Assembly (NCBI GenBank): GCA_016782755.1
Contig: JADHXY010000009.1
Coordinates: forward strand, 1 to 31,240
Direction of reading: 5' to 3'
From: Phycisphaerae bacterium
GTDB taxonomy: Bacteria > Planctomycetota > Phycisphaerae > Sedimentisphaerales > Anaerobacaceae
Length of the DNA stretch: 31,240 nt
Shown: positions 14,677-25,432 of the stretch, one piece after another
Layout: the number at the start of each line of letters is the position of its first letter
How positions within the stretch are numbered: position 1 is the stretch's first letter
The notes under the pieces: model-generated
Databases searched by the model: none
Seen by the model: only the letters and a program-made list of their open reading frames with translations
Told to the model about the DNA's origin: nothing
Translations under genes and position numbers: made by a program

Positions 14677-17541
14677 TTAGCGGCTGTAACTTTCAACTAA
14701 AATTTTTACGGGGTGAATAACCTGGCGGTTAGTGATGTGTTCTATCTGCATCTTGCAGGCACCGCATTCGGTAAGTATCGGTTTGTTCGGATTAGAGAGG
14801 ATGGCAGATTTGAGTTTTTCTGAGATTGATATCGAGAGGTCGTAATTTTTTTTCTGCATTCCGAAAGTTCCTGCCATTCCGCAGCATCCAGCGTTTAGAT
14901 TTTTGACGGCGGCATTGCAAATATCGGTGAGTAAATTAATTGAAGCTTCTGAATTGCCGGCTGCTAATAAATGGCAGGGGCAATGATAAAGGAATTCTCG
15001 TGATTGGGGTGAGGCGGGTTTTTTTAGCAAGTTTTTTTTGTGCATTTGCATGAGGTATGTCATTAGTTCGAATGTGTTTTGGGAGATGAGTTTTGCATCG
15101 TCTGAATCTGAGAAATATCTTAGTTCGTCCTTGAGGCAAAGGGCGGCACTTGGTTCCGAGCAGATTATTTTAAAACCGGCTTTAACGGCTTTTGCTAATT
15201 GCGTGACGTTATAGTTGAGTTCCTTTCGGGCGGGTTTTATGTCACCATACACAATTGAGGGCAAAGGTGCTGGGAGCTGGTTAGGTATTATAACTTCTAT
15301 ATCGTTGTATCTAAGGGCCTTTAGGACGGCAAAGCCGAGTTTGTGGTCGTTGTAGTTTGCAAATGTGTCTACGAAATATGCGACTTTGTCGATGGGGGTT
15401 TTGATTGGCGGCTGTAGTTCGAGGTATTTTCGGCCTTGATTTATAAAAGAGCCTTTTTCAAAATTTGGCATTTGTCTTCTTTTGTCCATTCCGGCAAAGG
15501 TGTCCATGAACCATTTGAAAAGGCTGAGAGATGTTACGAAATTTGCGATTTTTGGGACGGCAGATGCGAGAATGCTGATGTAGCGGTTTCTGCTGAGCAT
15601 TTTCCGTGTGAGGGTAAGCTTTTTTCGTTTGGCGTATTGTGTTCTTGCGGCGATCATTATTTTTGAGATGTCAACGCCGGAGGGGCAGTTGATTGAGCAG
15701 GCTTTGCAGTTAATGCAGAGGTTTAAAAAACGCTCGAAGTCTTTTGAATCGATATCGGATTCGCTGAGCTGGCCTGTGGTCCAGAAGCGGAGAATGTTTG
15801 CCTTTGCCCTGGAGGTGCCGAGTTCTTCGCCTAAGGCTCGATAAACGGGGCACATTCGCAAATTTGAGTTATTTGTGAGACAGAGTCCGCAACCGCTGCA
15901 CTGGTCTATTTCATAGGCAAGTTCGTTTTCATCGAATAAAAGATCGGATTCGAGACGATCGGGGAGAAATTTGTGTGAGGCTTTGAGGTTAGAGGTTAGG
16001 ATTTCGGGGTCGGAGTTTATGATTTTGCCGGGGTTGAGGATGTTGTCGGGGTCGAAGATATGTTTAACTCCTTCGAGCAGTTCGTAAAATTGGGAGCCGT
16101 ATTGTTTTTTTATAAAAGGAGCTCGGACAAGTCCGTCGGCATGTTCGCCGCTAATGGAACCGCCGAGTGACCAGACGAGGGAAAAGACCCTGTCTGCAAT
16201 CGCTTTGAATTTTTCGATGTCCTCTGCTTGCGAGAGGTCGAGGTATGGCCTGATGTGTAGTTCGCCGTCACCGGCATGGCCGTAATAGGAGATGTCAAAG
16301 CCAAATTCCGCTGCGATATTTTCGAGGCCTTGAATATATTTAGCTAACATGGAATTTTCGACGGAAGCATCTTCGATAAATGGTATCGGGTGTTTTGTGC
16401 CTTTTTTTCTTGCGAGAAGGGGGACGGCATCTTTCCTGGCTTTCCATAGCAGCTGCTGTTTGTTTTCATCGAATACGATAGTTCTGGCTGAAGCGTTTTC
16501 GGCTATGAGTGAATCTGTGTTTTCTATTTTTTTTGTCAGCTCTTTTTCGTCCGATGCGGTATGCTCGACGAGTAGGGAGACGAGTGCATCGGCTGGGAGT
16601 ACGTCTTTGTATTCTGGTAAGGATTCGATAGCTAGGTTGACGAGTTTATTATCCATTAGTTCGCAGGCTGAGGCACCGCTTTGGACAATTACGGGGACGG
16701 ATTTTGCCATTTTTTCGAGTGAGTCGAACTCGAACTGGATAATGGCTTTGCACTTAGGCAGGGGGACAGTCTTTAATGTGATTTGAGTGAAAATGCAGAG
16801 GGTTCCCTCTGAAGCGGCGAGGAGTTTTGCGAGATCGACTTTGCCATCATGGCAAATTCCGGCAATGTTGTATCCGCTTCGGTTTCGTTTTGTTCTGGGG
16901 AGGGCATTCTGGATTATCTGCTGTTTGTCGGCGAGGAGTTTCAGGCATTTTTCGGCTATATCGGCGACGGCTTGGTTGTCGGTTTTTTCGGGATCAATGT
17001 TATTTGTGAATGTTACTATTTGGCCGTCAGCAAGAACGGCTTGTATGCTGTGGATATAATCGGAGATATAGCCATAAATGAGCGAATGGGCGCCGGTTGC
17101 ATTGTTTGCGACACAGCCGCCGAGGACAGCGCGGTTTGCACTGGATGGGTCGGGGCCGATCTTTGTGCCGAATTGAGAAAGATATTCATTGATGGTATCG
17201 AGGACAACGCCCGGCTGAGCGGTGATTGTGTTTGAGGTTTGGTCATAACTGATTATTTTGTTCATGTATCTGGTGGTGTCTAAGAGGATTCCTGAGGTGA
17301 GGGACTCGCCGGCTACGCCGCTTGCGGCACCTCTTGGTGCGATGGGGATGTTATTTTTTTTAGCGTATTTGACGGCGGCTGTAATATCCTGGGCATCTTT
17401 TGGGGCGATGATGCAGGCGGGGGTAATCTGGTAGATGCTTGCGTCGGTACTGTATGCGGCGAGGTTCAATGGGTCTATATAGATGTTGCCCTTTATTGAT
17501 TTAGCTAAATCAGCTTTTATTTTCTGGGGATTTAATTTCAT
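14677..17541 (-). CDS. FAD-linked oxidase fused to 4Fe-4S ferredoxin and CCG cysteine-rich domains (GlcD-GlcF fusion, E. coli YdiJ-like 2-hydroxyacid dehydrogenase)
   Basis: 954 aa. N-terminal FAD-binding PCMH domain (IAPRGAASGVAGESL...). Middle region carries 2 x CxxCxxC(x)nCP (CSGCGLC...MCP, CINCKACSINCP). C-terminal region has CCG-type Cys motifs (CPCH..., CCGMAGTFG). Confidence 0.75.
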   Translation of the reverse strand: MKLNPQKIKADLAKSIKGNIYIDPLNLAAYSTDASIYQITPACIIAPKDAQDITAAVKYAKKNNIPIAPRGAASGVAGESLTSGILLDTTRYMNKIISYDQTSNTITAQPGVVLDTINEYLSQFGTKIGPDPSSANRAVLGGCVANNATGAHSLIYGYISDYIHSIQAVLADGQIVTFTNNIDPEKTDNQAVADIAEKCLKLLADKQQIIQNALPRTKRNRSGYNIAGICHDGKVDLAKLLAASEGTLCIFTQITLKTVPLPKCKAIIQFEFDSLEKMAKSVPVIVQSGASACELMDNKLVNLAIESLPEYKDVLPADALVSLLVEHTASDEKELTKKIENTDSLIAENASARTIVFDENKQQLLWKARKDAVPLLARKKGTKHPIPFIEDASVENSMLAKYIQGLENIAAEFGFDISYYGHAGDGELHIRPYLDLSQAEDIEKFKAIADRVFSLVWSLGGSISGEHADGLVRAPFIKKQYGSQFYELLEGVKHIFDPDNILNPGKIINSDPEILTSNLKASHKFLPDRLESDLLFDENELAYEIDQCSGCGLCLTNNSNLRMCPVYRALGEELGTSRAKANILRFWTTGQLSESDIDSKDFERFLNLCINCKACSINCPSGVDISKIMIAARTQYAKRKKLTLTRKMLSRNRYISILASAVPKIANFVTSLSLFKWFMDTFAGMDKRRQMPNFEKGSFINQGRKYLELQPPIKTPIDKVAYFVDTFANYNDHKLGFAVLKALRYNDIEVIIPNQLPAPLPSIVYGDIKPARKELNYNVTQLAKAVKAGFKIICSEPSAALCLKDELRYFSDSDDAKLISQNTFELMTYLMQMHKKNLLKKPASPQSREFLYHCPCHLLAAGNSEASINLLTDICNAAVKNLNAGCCGMAGTFGMQKKNYDLSISISEKLKSAILSNPNKPILTECGACKMQIEHITNRQVIHPVKILVESYSR

Positions 17542-17548
17542 AGCTACT

Positions 17549-18376
17549 TTAGCGGTATGAATTTGTGAAATCGTTAAACAAAGTGGTTTTGCCCCCTTTT
17601 AGAGCTTTTAGGTCTTCGGAGTCGACACGGCCATTAATAAACTGCTGAACGGTCTGGTTAGGATGATTGCGGATAGTATCAGCATCTCCTTCGGCAAAAA
17701 TTTTGCCCTTATGGAACATTATAATCTGGTCGGAAATTTTGTATGCGCTTGTCATGTCATGCGTAACTACGATGGATGTAATGCCGAGTTCTTTTTGAAG
17801 TTTTATAATCAGCTCGTTGATAATATCCGATCTGATTGGGTCGAGTCCAGTAGTAGGCTCATCATAAAGGATTACTTCGGGGTTTAGGGCAATTGCCCTT
17901 GCTAATGCGACTCTTTTTTTTTGGCCGCCAGAGAGTTTTGCGGGATAATAATCCTGAAATCCGTCGAGGCCGACCATTGAAAGTTTGCTTGCGACAAGTT
18001 CGTCGGCTTGTTTTTTTTCGATGTGCATGATGTGTTGTCTTATGGGAAAAAGGACATTTTCGGTAACGGTTAAACTGTCGAAAAGCGCGCCGCTTTGGAA
18101 GAGAAAGCCGAAGTTAGTTCTTATGCTACTAAGTTCGTCCTCATCGAGTTCGTCAACTCTTTTGTTTTTGTAATAGACTTTACCGCTGGTGGGGCGCAGC
18201 AGGACAATAAGGTGTTTTATAAATACGGTTTTTCCACAGCCGCTTGGGCCGATGATAACGGTAGTTTTTCCTTTCTCAATCGACATAGAAACATCATTGA
18301 GGACAAGGTTTTCTTCGAACCTTTTTAGAAGGTTTTCGGTTCTGATGATAACGTTTTTATTATTATTATTTTTCAT
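17549..18376 (-). CDS. mlaF: ABC transporter ATP-binding protein, MlaF/Ttg2A family
   Basis: Walker A GPSGCGKT, signature LSGGQKKRVALARA, Walker B ILYDEP. The start overlaps the mlaE stop (TAATG). Confidence 0.8.
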   Translation of the reverse strand: MKNNNNKNVIIRTENLLKRFEENLVLNDVSMSIEKGKTTVIIGPSGCGKTVFIKHLIVLLRPTSGKVYYKNKRVDELDEDELSSIRTNFGFLFQSGALFDSLTVTENVLFPIRQHIMHIEKKQADELVASKLSMVGLDGFQDYYPAKLSGGQKKRVALARAIALNPEVILYDEPTTGLDPIRSDIINELIIKLQKELGITSIVVTHDMTSAYKISDQIIMFHKGKIFAEGDADTIRNHPNQTVQQFINGRVDSEDLKALKGGKTTLFNDFTNSYR

Positions 18377-19185
18377 TATACAAGGCTCTTAACAGACCAG
18401 AGAGTATTATAAATTGCTTTGAAGATAACGGCTAAGGCAAAATCCAGGGCGAGTATAGAAATAAAGCTCATGACGAATGCCTCTGTGCAGGCCCGGCCTA
18501 CACCGTGGGCACCTTCTCTGCAGGTAAACCCCTTGTAGCAGCTTATTACGGCAATTGCCCCGCCGAAGAAGAACCCCTTGATCACACCTATCGAGACATC
18601 CCAAAGCTCTACTCCTTCGGCGCTGAAAGTCCAGTATGCCTTGCTGTTAATGCCGAGTTGAATTACTCCGACAAAATATCCGCCAAGAACACCCATTAGA
18701 TCGGCGTATATGATTAGCAGCGGTGTCAGGAAGAGGCAGGCAAGGACTCTTGGTGCGACGAGATATCTCACGGGATCGGTTCCCATGCTTTTGACGGCTT
18801 CGATCTGTTCGGTGACTTTCATGGTTCCGAGTTCCGCGGTGAGTGCGCCGCCGACACGCCCGGCAAGCATCACGGCTGCAAGTACGGGGCCAAGTTCTTT
18901 TACGACCGATACGTTGATTAATACGCCGAGGTGTTCTTCGAGTCCCATTCCCGCAAGCTGGTCATAGGCCTGTATGGCGAGGATCATTCCGACGAAAGCT
19001 CCGGTGACCATGACTATAGGGACACTATTGACACCGATCAAATTCATCTGGGTGAGTATTAACGGATAAGCTTTGGTTTTTACGCAGCTGGAACATGAGG
19101 TGGTAAAGGCCCTGCCGGAAAATCTTGCAAAAGTCCCGACACTGATTATGGGGTTTAAGACCATATTTTCGAACAAGGCTATCAT
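18376..19185 (-). CDS. mlaE: ABC transporter permease, MlaE/Ttg2B family
   Basis: 269-aa polytopic membrane protein with a conserved MlaE-like core (LGVLINVSVVKELGPVLAAVMLAGRVGGALTAELGTMKVTEQIEA). Translationally coupled to mlaF. Confidence 0.8.
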   Translation of the reverse strand: MIALFENMVLNPIISVGTFARFSGRAFTTSCSSCVKTKAYPLILTQMNLIGVNSVPIVMVTGAFVGMILAIQAYDQLAGMGLEEHLGVLINVSVVKELGPVLAAVMLAGRVGGALTAELGTMKVTEQIEAVKSMGTDPVRYLVAPRVLACLFLTPLLIIYADLMGVLGGYFVGVIQLGINSKAYWTFSAEGVELWDVSIGVIKGFFFGGAIAVISCYKGFTCREGAHGVGRACTEAFVMSFISILALDFALAVIFKAIYNTLWSVKSLV

Positions 19186-19279
19186 TTAGTAAAGCTCCTG
19201 TTTTCTATGCCATGATAAAAACAACCTAATTATTAATGACAAAGCGAAAATAGTCAATAATAATGTAGAAATAAGATTA

Positions 19280-20443
19280 TTAGAAGTCCTTAGAAACAAA
19301 TGGAGAAAGCTCGCGGAGCCTTTTTATGATGGGTGGAATTTTTTCAATGACGAAGTCTATTTCAGTTTGGGTGTTGTAACGGCTGAGACTAAAACGAATG
19401 GAGCCATGAGCGGCGGTGAAGGGGACTCCCATCGAACGAAGTACGTGTGATGGTTCGAGAGAGCCGGATGTGCAGGCAGAGCCGCTGCTTGCGCAGATGC
19501 CGTGGCGATCCATCATCAGCAAAATCGACTCACCTTCGATGTATTCAAAACTGATATTTGAGGTGTTCGGGAGCCTGTTGTTAATGTCTCCGTTGACAAA
19601 ACTGTTGGGGCAGGAATTTAGGATGCCGGCTTCGAGTTTGTCGCGAAGAATTTTTACCTTGTTGTTTTCCTCTTCGAGGTTTTTTGCGGCAAGCTCACAA
19701 GCGACTCCCATGCCCACAATTCCCGGTACGTTTTCGGTGCCGGCTCTTCTGTTGGCTTCCTGGTGGCCTCCGAGCATAAATGGAGCTAAGCGGGTTCCTT
19801 TTTTTACGTAGAGTATGCCAATTCCCTTTGGTGCATGGAGCTTGTGTCCGGAAAGGCTTAATAAATCGATGTTGCTTTTTGAGAGATCAAGGGGAATCTT
19901 GCCAACGGCCTGGACGGCGTCGGTGTGAAAGATGATTCCTTTTTCTTTTACCATTTTGGCAATGCGGTCGATGGGGAAGATTGTTCCTGTTTCGTTGTTG
20001 GCATACATGATTGAAACGATGGCAGTGTCATCATCAAGTTCGTCTTCAAGTTGGTTGAGATCGATCTGGCCGGTTCTGTCAACGGGGAGTTCTACGAGGT
20101 TATAACCGTGATTTTCGAGTTCCCGGCACACGTGCAAGACGGCTGGGTGTTCGACGCGAGTGGTGATGATTTTTCTTTTATGTGGTAGAGATGCGATGGT
20201 TCCGTTAATGGCGGCGTTGTCACTTTCTGTTCCGCCGGCTGTGAAAATTATTTCATCTGGTTCGCAATGAAGGAGTTGGGCGGCTTGCTGCCTCGCTATT
20301 TTTACGCTGTTAGCAATTTGTCCGCCGAAAGTGTGCATACTCGAGGGGTTTCCGTAAAGGTTACAGAAATATGGTTGTATTTTTTCCATTACTTCATCGG
20401 CGACTTTGGATGTTGCGTTGTTGTCTAAATATATTGTTTGCAT
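19280..20443 (-). CDS. nifS: Cysteine desulfurase NifS/IscS (PLP-dependent)
   Basis: PLP-lysine motif SGHKLHAPKGIG and the active-site loop SSGSACTSG. 387 aa, typical of class I cysteine desulfurases. Confidence 0.85.
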   Translation of the reverse strand: MQTIYLDNNATSKVADEVMEKIQPYFCNLYGNPSSMHTFGGQIANSVKIARQQAAQLLHCEPDEIIFTAGGTESDNAAINGTIASLPHKRKIITTRVEHPAVLHVCRELENHGYNLVELPVDRTGQIDLNQLEDELDDDTAIVSIMYANNETGTIFPIDRIAKMVKEKGIIFHTDAVQAVGKIPLDLSKSNIDLLSLSGHKLHAPKGIGILYVKKGTRLAPFMLGGHQEANRRAGTENVPGIVGMGVACELAAKNLEEENNKVKILRDKLEAGILNSCPNSFVNGDINNRLPNTSNISFEYIEGESILLMMDRHGICASSGSACTSGSLEPSHVLRSMGVPFTAAHGSIRFSLSRYNTQTEIDFVIEKIPPIIKRLRELSPFVSKDF

Positions 20444-20445
20444 TT

Positions 20446-21324
20446 TTATTCCCTATGCGTATGAGGTTTGTTAAGTGAATCCTTGTCTTCTTCGACATAA
20501 AGTTCGGGGGTGACGAATTCGCGTAATTTTGCTTCAATAACTTCTTTCATGGTAAATTCAGCCATTTTGCACTGGACACACATTCCTCGAAAAGCTATGG
20601 TAACTTTGTCGCCTTCTACGTCAATAAGTTCAATATTCCCGCCGTGAGCCCTGATTGAGGGTCTTATCTGCTCGTTTATAGTTTCCTGAATGAGCTGGAT
20701 TTTTTGTATGTTTGTAAGTTTTTTGGGTTTTTCTATTGTTTCGGTTTTGGGTTTATGCTCGAGGTTTCTGACTCTTTCGATAATTTTTTCTATTTCACCC
20801 CTACAGCCGCCACAGCCGCCGCCGGCTTTGCAGTAGTTTGTAACTTCACCTACGGTTTTGAGATCATTTTCCTTAATAACGGTTTCGATCTCGTTTTCAG
20901 TAACGCCGAAACAGGTGCATATGACCCGGCCCTGCAACTCGTGTTTTTTTGTACCGCCTGTGCGATAGTTTTCGATGGCAGCTTCGAGGGCTTCTCGTCC
21001 CATGACGGAACAATGCATTTTCTGTTCTGGCAGGCCGCCGAGATAATTGGCTATATCTTTGTTAGTGACTTTTTCGGCTTCTTCTATAGTTTTTCCCTTT
21101 ATCAATTCGGTGAGTATTGAGGAGCTGGCTATTGCGCTTGCACAGCCGAAAGTTTTGAATTTGACATCGGCTATACGACCATTTTTGTCGAGTTTGAAGG
21201 TTAGCTTTAGAGCGTCGCCGCAAGCGAGCGAGCCGACCTCTCCTACTCCGTCGGGGTTTTCGATTTCACCGACATTTCGGGGGTTGATGAAATGGTCTTT
21301 TACTTTTTCTGTGTAATCCCACAT
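20446..21324 (-). CDS. nifU: Fe-S cluster assembly scaffold NifU (IscU-like N-domain, central BFD-like [2Fe-2S] domain, C-terminal Nfu domain)
   Basis: N-terminal GSLACGDALKL...HCSVMG (IscU Cys triad). Central CTCFGVTE...CKAGGGCGGC. C-terminal GMCVQCKMAEFT (CxxC of the Nfu domain). Confidence 0.85.
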   Translation of the reverse strand: MWDYTEKVKDHFINPRNVGEIENPDGVGEVGSLACGDALKLTFKLDKNGRIADVKFKTFGCASAIASSSILTELIKGKTIEEAEKVTNKDIANYLGGLPEQKMHCSVMGREALEAAIENYRTGGTKKHELQGRVICTCFGVTENEIETVIKENDLKTVGEVTNYCKAGGGCGGCRGEIEKIIERVRNLEHKPKTETIEKPKKLTNIQKIQLIQETINEQIRPSIRAHGGNIELIDVEGDKVTIAFRGMCVQCKMAEFTMKEVIEAKLREFVTPELYVEEDKDSLNKPHTHRE

Positions 21325-21327
21325 ATT

Positions 21328-23564
<2,237 letters not shown>

Positions 23565-23626
23565 AATTGAGCTTCTTATATTTATACCAGCGTCAATAAA
23601 TTTAATCAGAAACCAAAATATCGGTT

Positions 23627-23680
23627 TTTAACCCCTCCCTTACGGTCGGGGCTCTGAAAGGGTCGGGGCTCTGACTTTGG
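23627..23680. repeat. REP-like repeat: TTAACCCCTCCCTTACGGTCGGGGCTCTG plus a second GGGTCGGGGCTCTG copy, in the cysE-nadA intergenic spacer
   Basis: Same module family as 13180-13262, read directly. Confidence 0.55.
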
Positions 23681-23702
23681 ATTTTTGTCGCCAACATTCA
23701 TA

Positions 23703-24617
23703 TTAGGGTTTCTTTTTTTTGTAGATTAGTTCGGGATTCTGCATTGAAACAATGACGTGCGGCGGTACGGATTCTTTTATCCAGACGTTAGCACCTATGA
23801 CAGAGCCTTCGCCAATGAGAATGTTTCCTAAAAGTGTGGCTTCGGCATATATGGTTACGTTATTTTCTATTGTGGGGTGCCTTTTGCCTCCTTTTATTAT
23901 GCGGCCTCTCTGGTCTTTTGTGAAACTTAGTGCCCCGAGGGTCGCACCCTGATAAATCTTTACATTGTCGCCAATGACCGTGGTTTCACCAATTACAACG
24001 CCTGTTCCGTGATCGATGAAGAAGTTTTTGCCAATTTTTGCTCCCGGGTTTATATCTATGCCGGTTTTTGAATGAGCGTATTCGGCCATGAGCCGTGGGA
24101 TTAGTGGAACATCTTTAGTGTAAAGCTCGTGTGCGATCCTGTGGGTAGAAATAGCGATAATGCAAGGATAACTTATTACGATCTCTTCATAAGACTGGGC
24201 AGCGGGGTCGCCGTCAAATGCGGCAGCGACATCGCCTTTTAGCATTTCCCTTATCGAGGGTAGTTGCCGGAGTAAATGTTCAGCAGAGTCTTTGGCGGAT
24301 TGGCGGCAGCCGTTGCTGTCACAGTTTTTTATTCTGCATCGATACCTCAATGCCATTTCTATCTGCTCGACAAGTAGAGAATAGACAGCGTAAAGGGTCT
24401 CACCGACAATGAAATCTATATTTGACTTGGTTACAGCTTTTTTGCCGGTGTAGCCGGGGAAAACAATTTCTGTTAGCAAGTCAAGTATCTCAATGATCTT
24501 TTCCTTGACGGGTAAATTTGCGACATCGATAAAGTTTATTCCCGAATCGTCCTTGTAAGTATCGGTGATGCGGGTTATGAGTTCTTTAATATCCATATTT
24601 TCCGGGTTACTGTTCAT
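23703..24617 (-). CDS. cysE: Serine O-acetyltransferase CysE (hexapeptide-repeat acyltransferase) with extended N-terminus
   Basis: The C-terminal left-handed beta-helix (DINPGAKIGKNFFIDHGTGVVIGETTVIGDNVKIYQGATLG) is canonical CysE. The N-terminal SATase helical domain is present. Confidence 0.8.
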   Translation of the reverse strand: MNSNPENMDIKELITRITDTYKDDSGINFIDVANLPVKEKIIEILDLLTEIVFPGYTGKKAVTKSNIDFIVGETLYAVYSLLVEQIEMALRYRCRIKNCDSNGCRQSAKDSAEHLLRQLPSIREMLKGDVAAAFDGDPAAQSYEEIVISYPCIIAISTHRIAHELYTKDVPLIPRLMAEYAHSKTGIDINPGAKIGKNFFIDHGTGVVIGETTVIGDNVKIYQGATLGALSFTKDQRGRIIKGGKRHPTIENNVTIYAEATLLGNILIGEGSVIGANVWIKESVPPHVIVSMQNPELIYKKKKP

Positions 24618-24820
24618 ATTTATTTCCCTGACTAAATAAAAACTGGGATTTTAACATTAAAATTCGTTAAATTCATTCTGTTTTTAATCAAAATCAAACA
24701 TTTCGGCAACAAAACGCCTTTCGCCGCCGGCAGGAGCGGTAATTACTGGGAATTTATCAATATATCTTTTTTTTCGGCATCGTTTATTATCGATAAAACG
24801 CTTATTTTTACCCCTGAAAA
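24618..24820 (-). promoter_or_regulatory. 203-nt AT-rich leader/spacer between the Rrf2 regulator gene and cysE (candidate regulatory region for the downstream Fe-S/sulfur gene array)
   Basis: Unusually long gap in an otherwise tightly packed minus-strand array. Contains a GC-rich island (CGCCTTTCGCCGCCGGCAGGAGCGG) inside AT-rich sequence. No recognisable riboswitch consensus. Confidence 0.3.
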
Positions 24821-25255
24821 CTATATTTGATAAGAAATATTTTTAGTCTGTTTTCGGTCATTGATAAGATCGGCAAGTGTTTTTGAATCAATTACGCTAT
24901 ATACAGCATTCTGAAGTTCATGTAAAAAGTTTTTTATTCTGCATTCGTCGGCCCTTTTGCAGCCAATTAAATCTTCAAAACAATCTGCGGGGATAAAATC
25001 GCCCTCAAGTGTGGCAAAACAGTCGCTGAGCTTGATTTTTTCAGGGCTTCTGGTTAGTTCATAGCCTCCTTTTGAGCCGCGGATACTTCTGATAAATCCT
25101 GCCGATTTTAACATTGCCATCAAATGTTCGAGGTATTTGGCTGAAACTTGCTGCTTTTGGGCGATAGCCCTTACCTGAACGAGTCCTTTACCGTAGTTCT
25201 CAGCTAATTCGCAAAGAGAACGTATTCCATATTTTGTTTTAGTCGAAAGCCTCAT
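24821..25255 (-). CDS. Rrf2-family transcriptional regulator (IscR/CymR-like) with C-terminal Cys cluster
   Basis: N-terminal wHTH MRLSTKTKYGIRSLCELA...; Cys-rich segment CFEDLIGCKRADEC consistent with Fe-S-sensing Rrf2 proteins. Sits first in the same-strand array cysE-nadA-metY-nifU-nifS. Confidence 0.75.
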   Translation of the reverse strand: MRLSTKTKYGIRSLCELAENYGKGLVQVRAIAQKQQVSAKYLEHLMAMLKSAGFIRSIRGSKGGYELTRSPEKIKLSDCFATLEGDFIPADCFEDLIGCKRADECRIKNFLHELQNAVYSVIDSKTLADLINDRKQTKNISYQI

Positions 25256-25369
25256 TTGTAATTCCTTTATTCCTATGGGATTGGTAGTGTATCATAACGT
25301 CAGAAGTTCGCAAAGAAAAATATAAATTATTTTTTTAGAAGCTTAGATTACGTCAGGTTTTGGAATGTC

Positions 25370-25398
25370 TTGACAGGGATTAAGAATAGGTTTATCAT
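25370..25398 (+). promoter_or_regulatory. Putative sigma-70-type promoter (TTGACA-17-TATCAT) for the glycosyltransferase gene
   Basis: TTGACA at 25370-25375, a 17-nt spacer, TATCAT at 25393-25398. About 35 nt upstream of the ATG at 25433 (AAGGGGA RBS). Confidence 0.4.
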
Positions 25399-25432
25399 GG
25401 ATTCGCTATTCTAATCGTTAAGGGGAAAAGGC

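Noticed and set aside
24618-24820. SAM-I (S-box) riboswitch in the cysE/metY leader
   Set aside because: A CTTATCAA-like P1 start is present on the minus strand, but the conserved GGAGGGA / GCCCGATGAA / GGCAACC core elements are absent.
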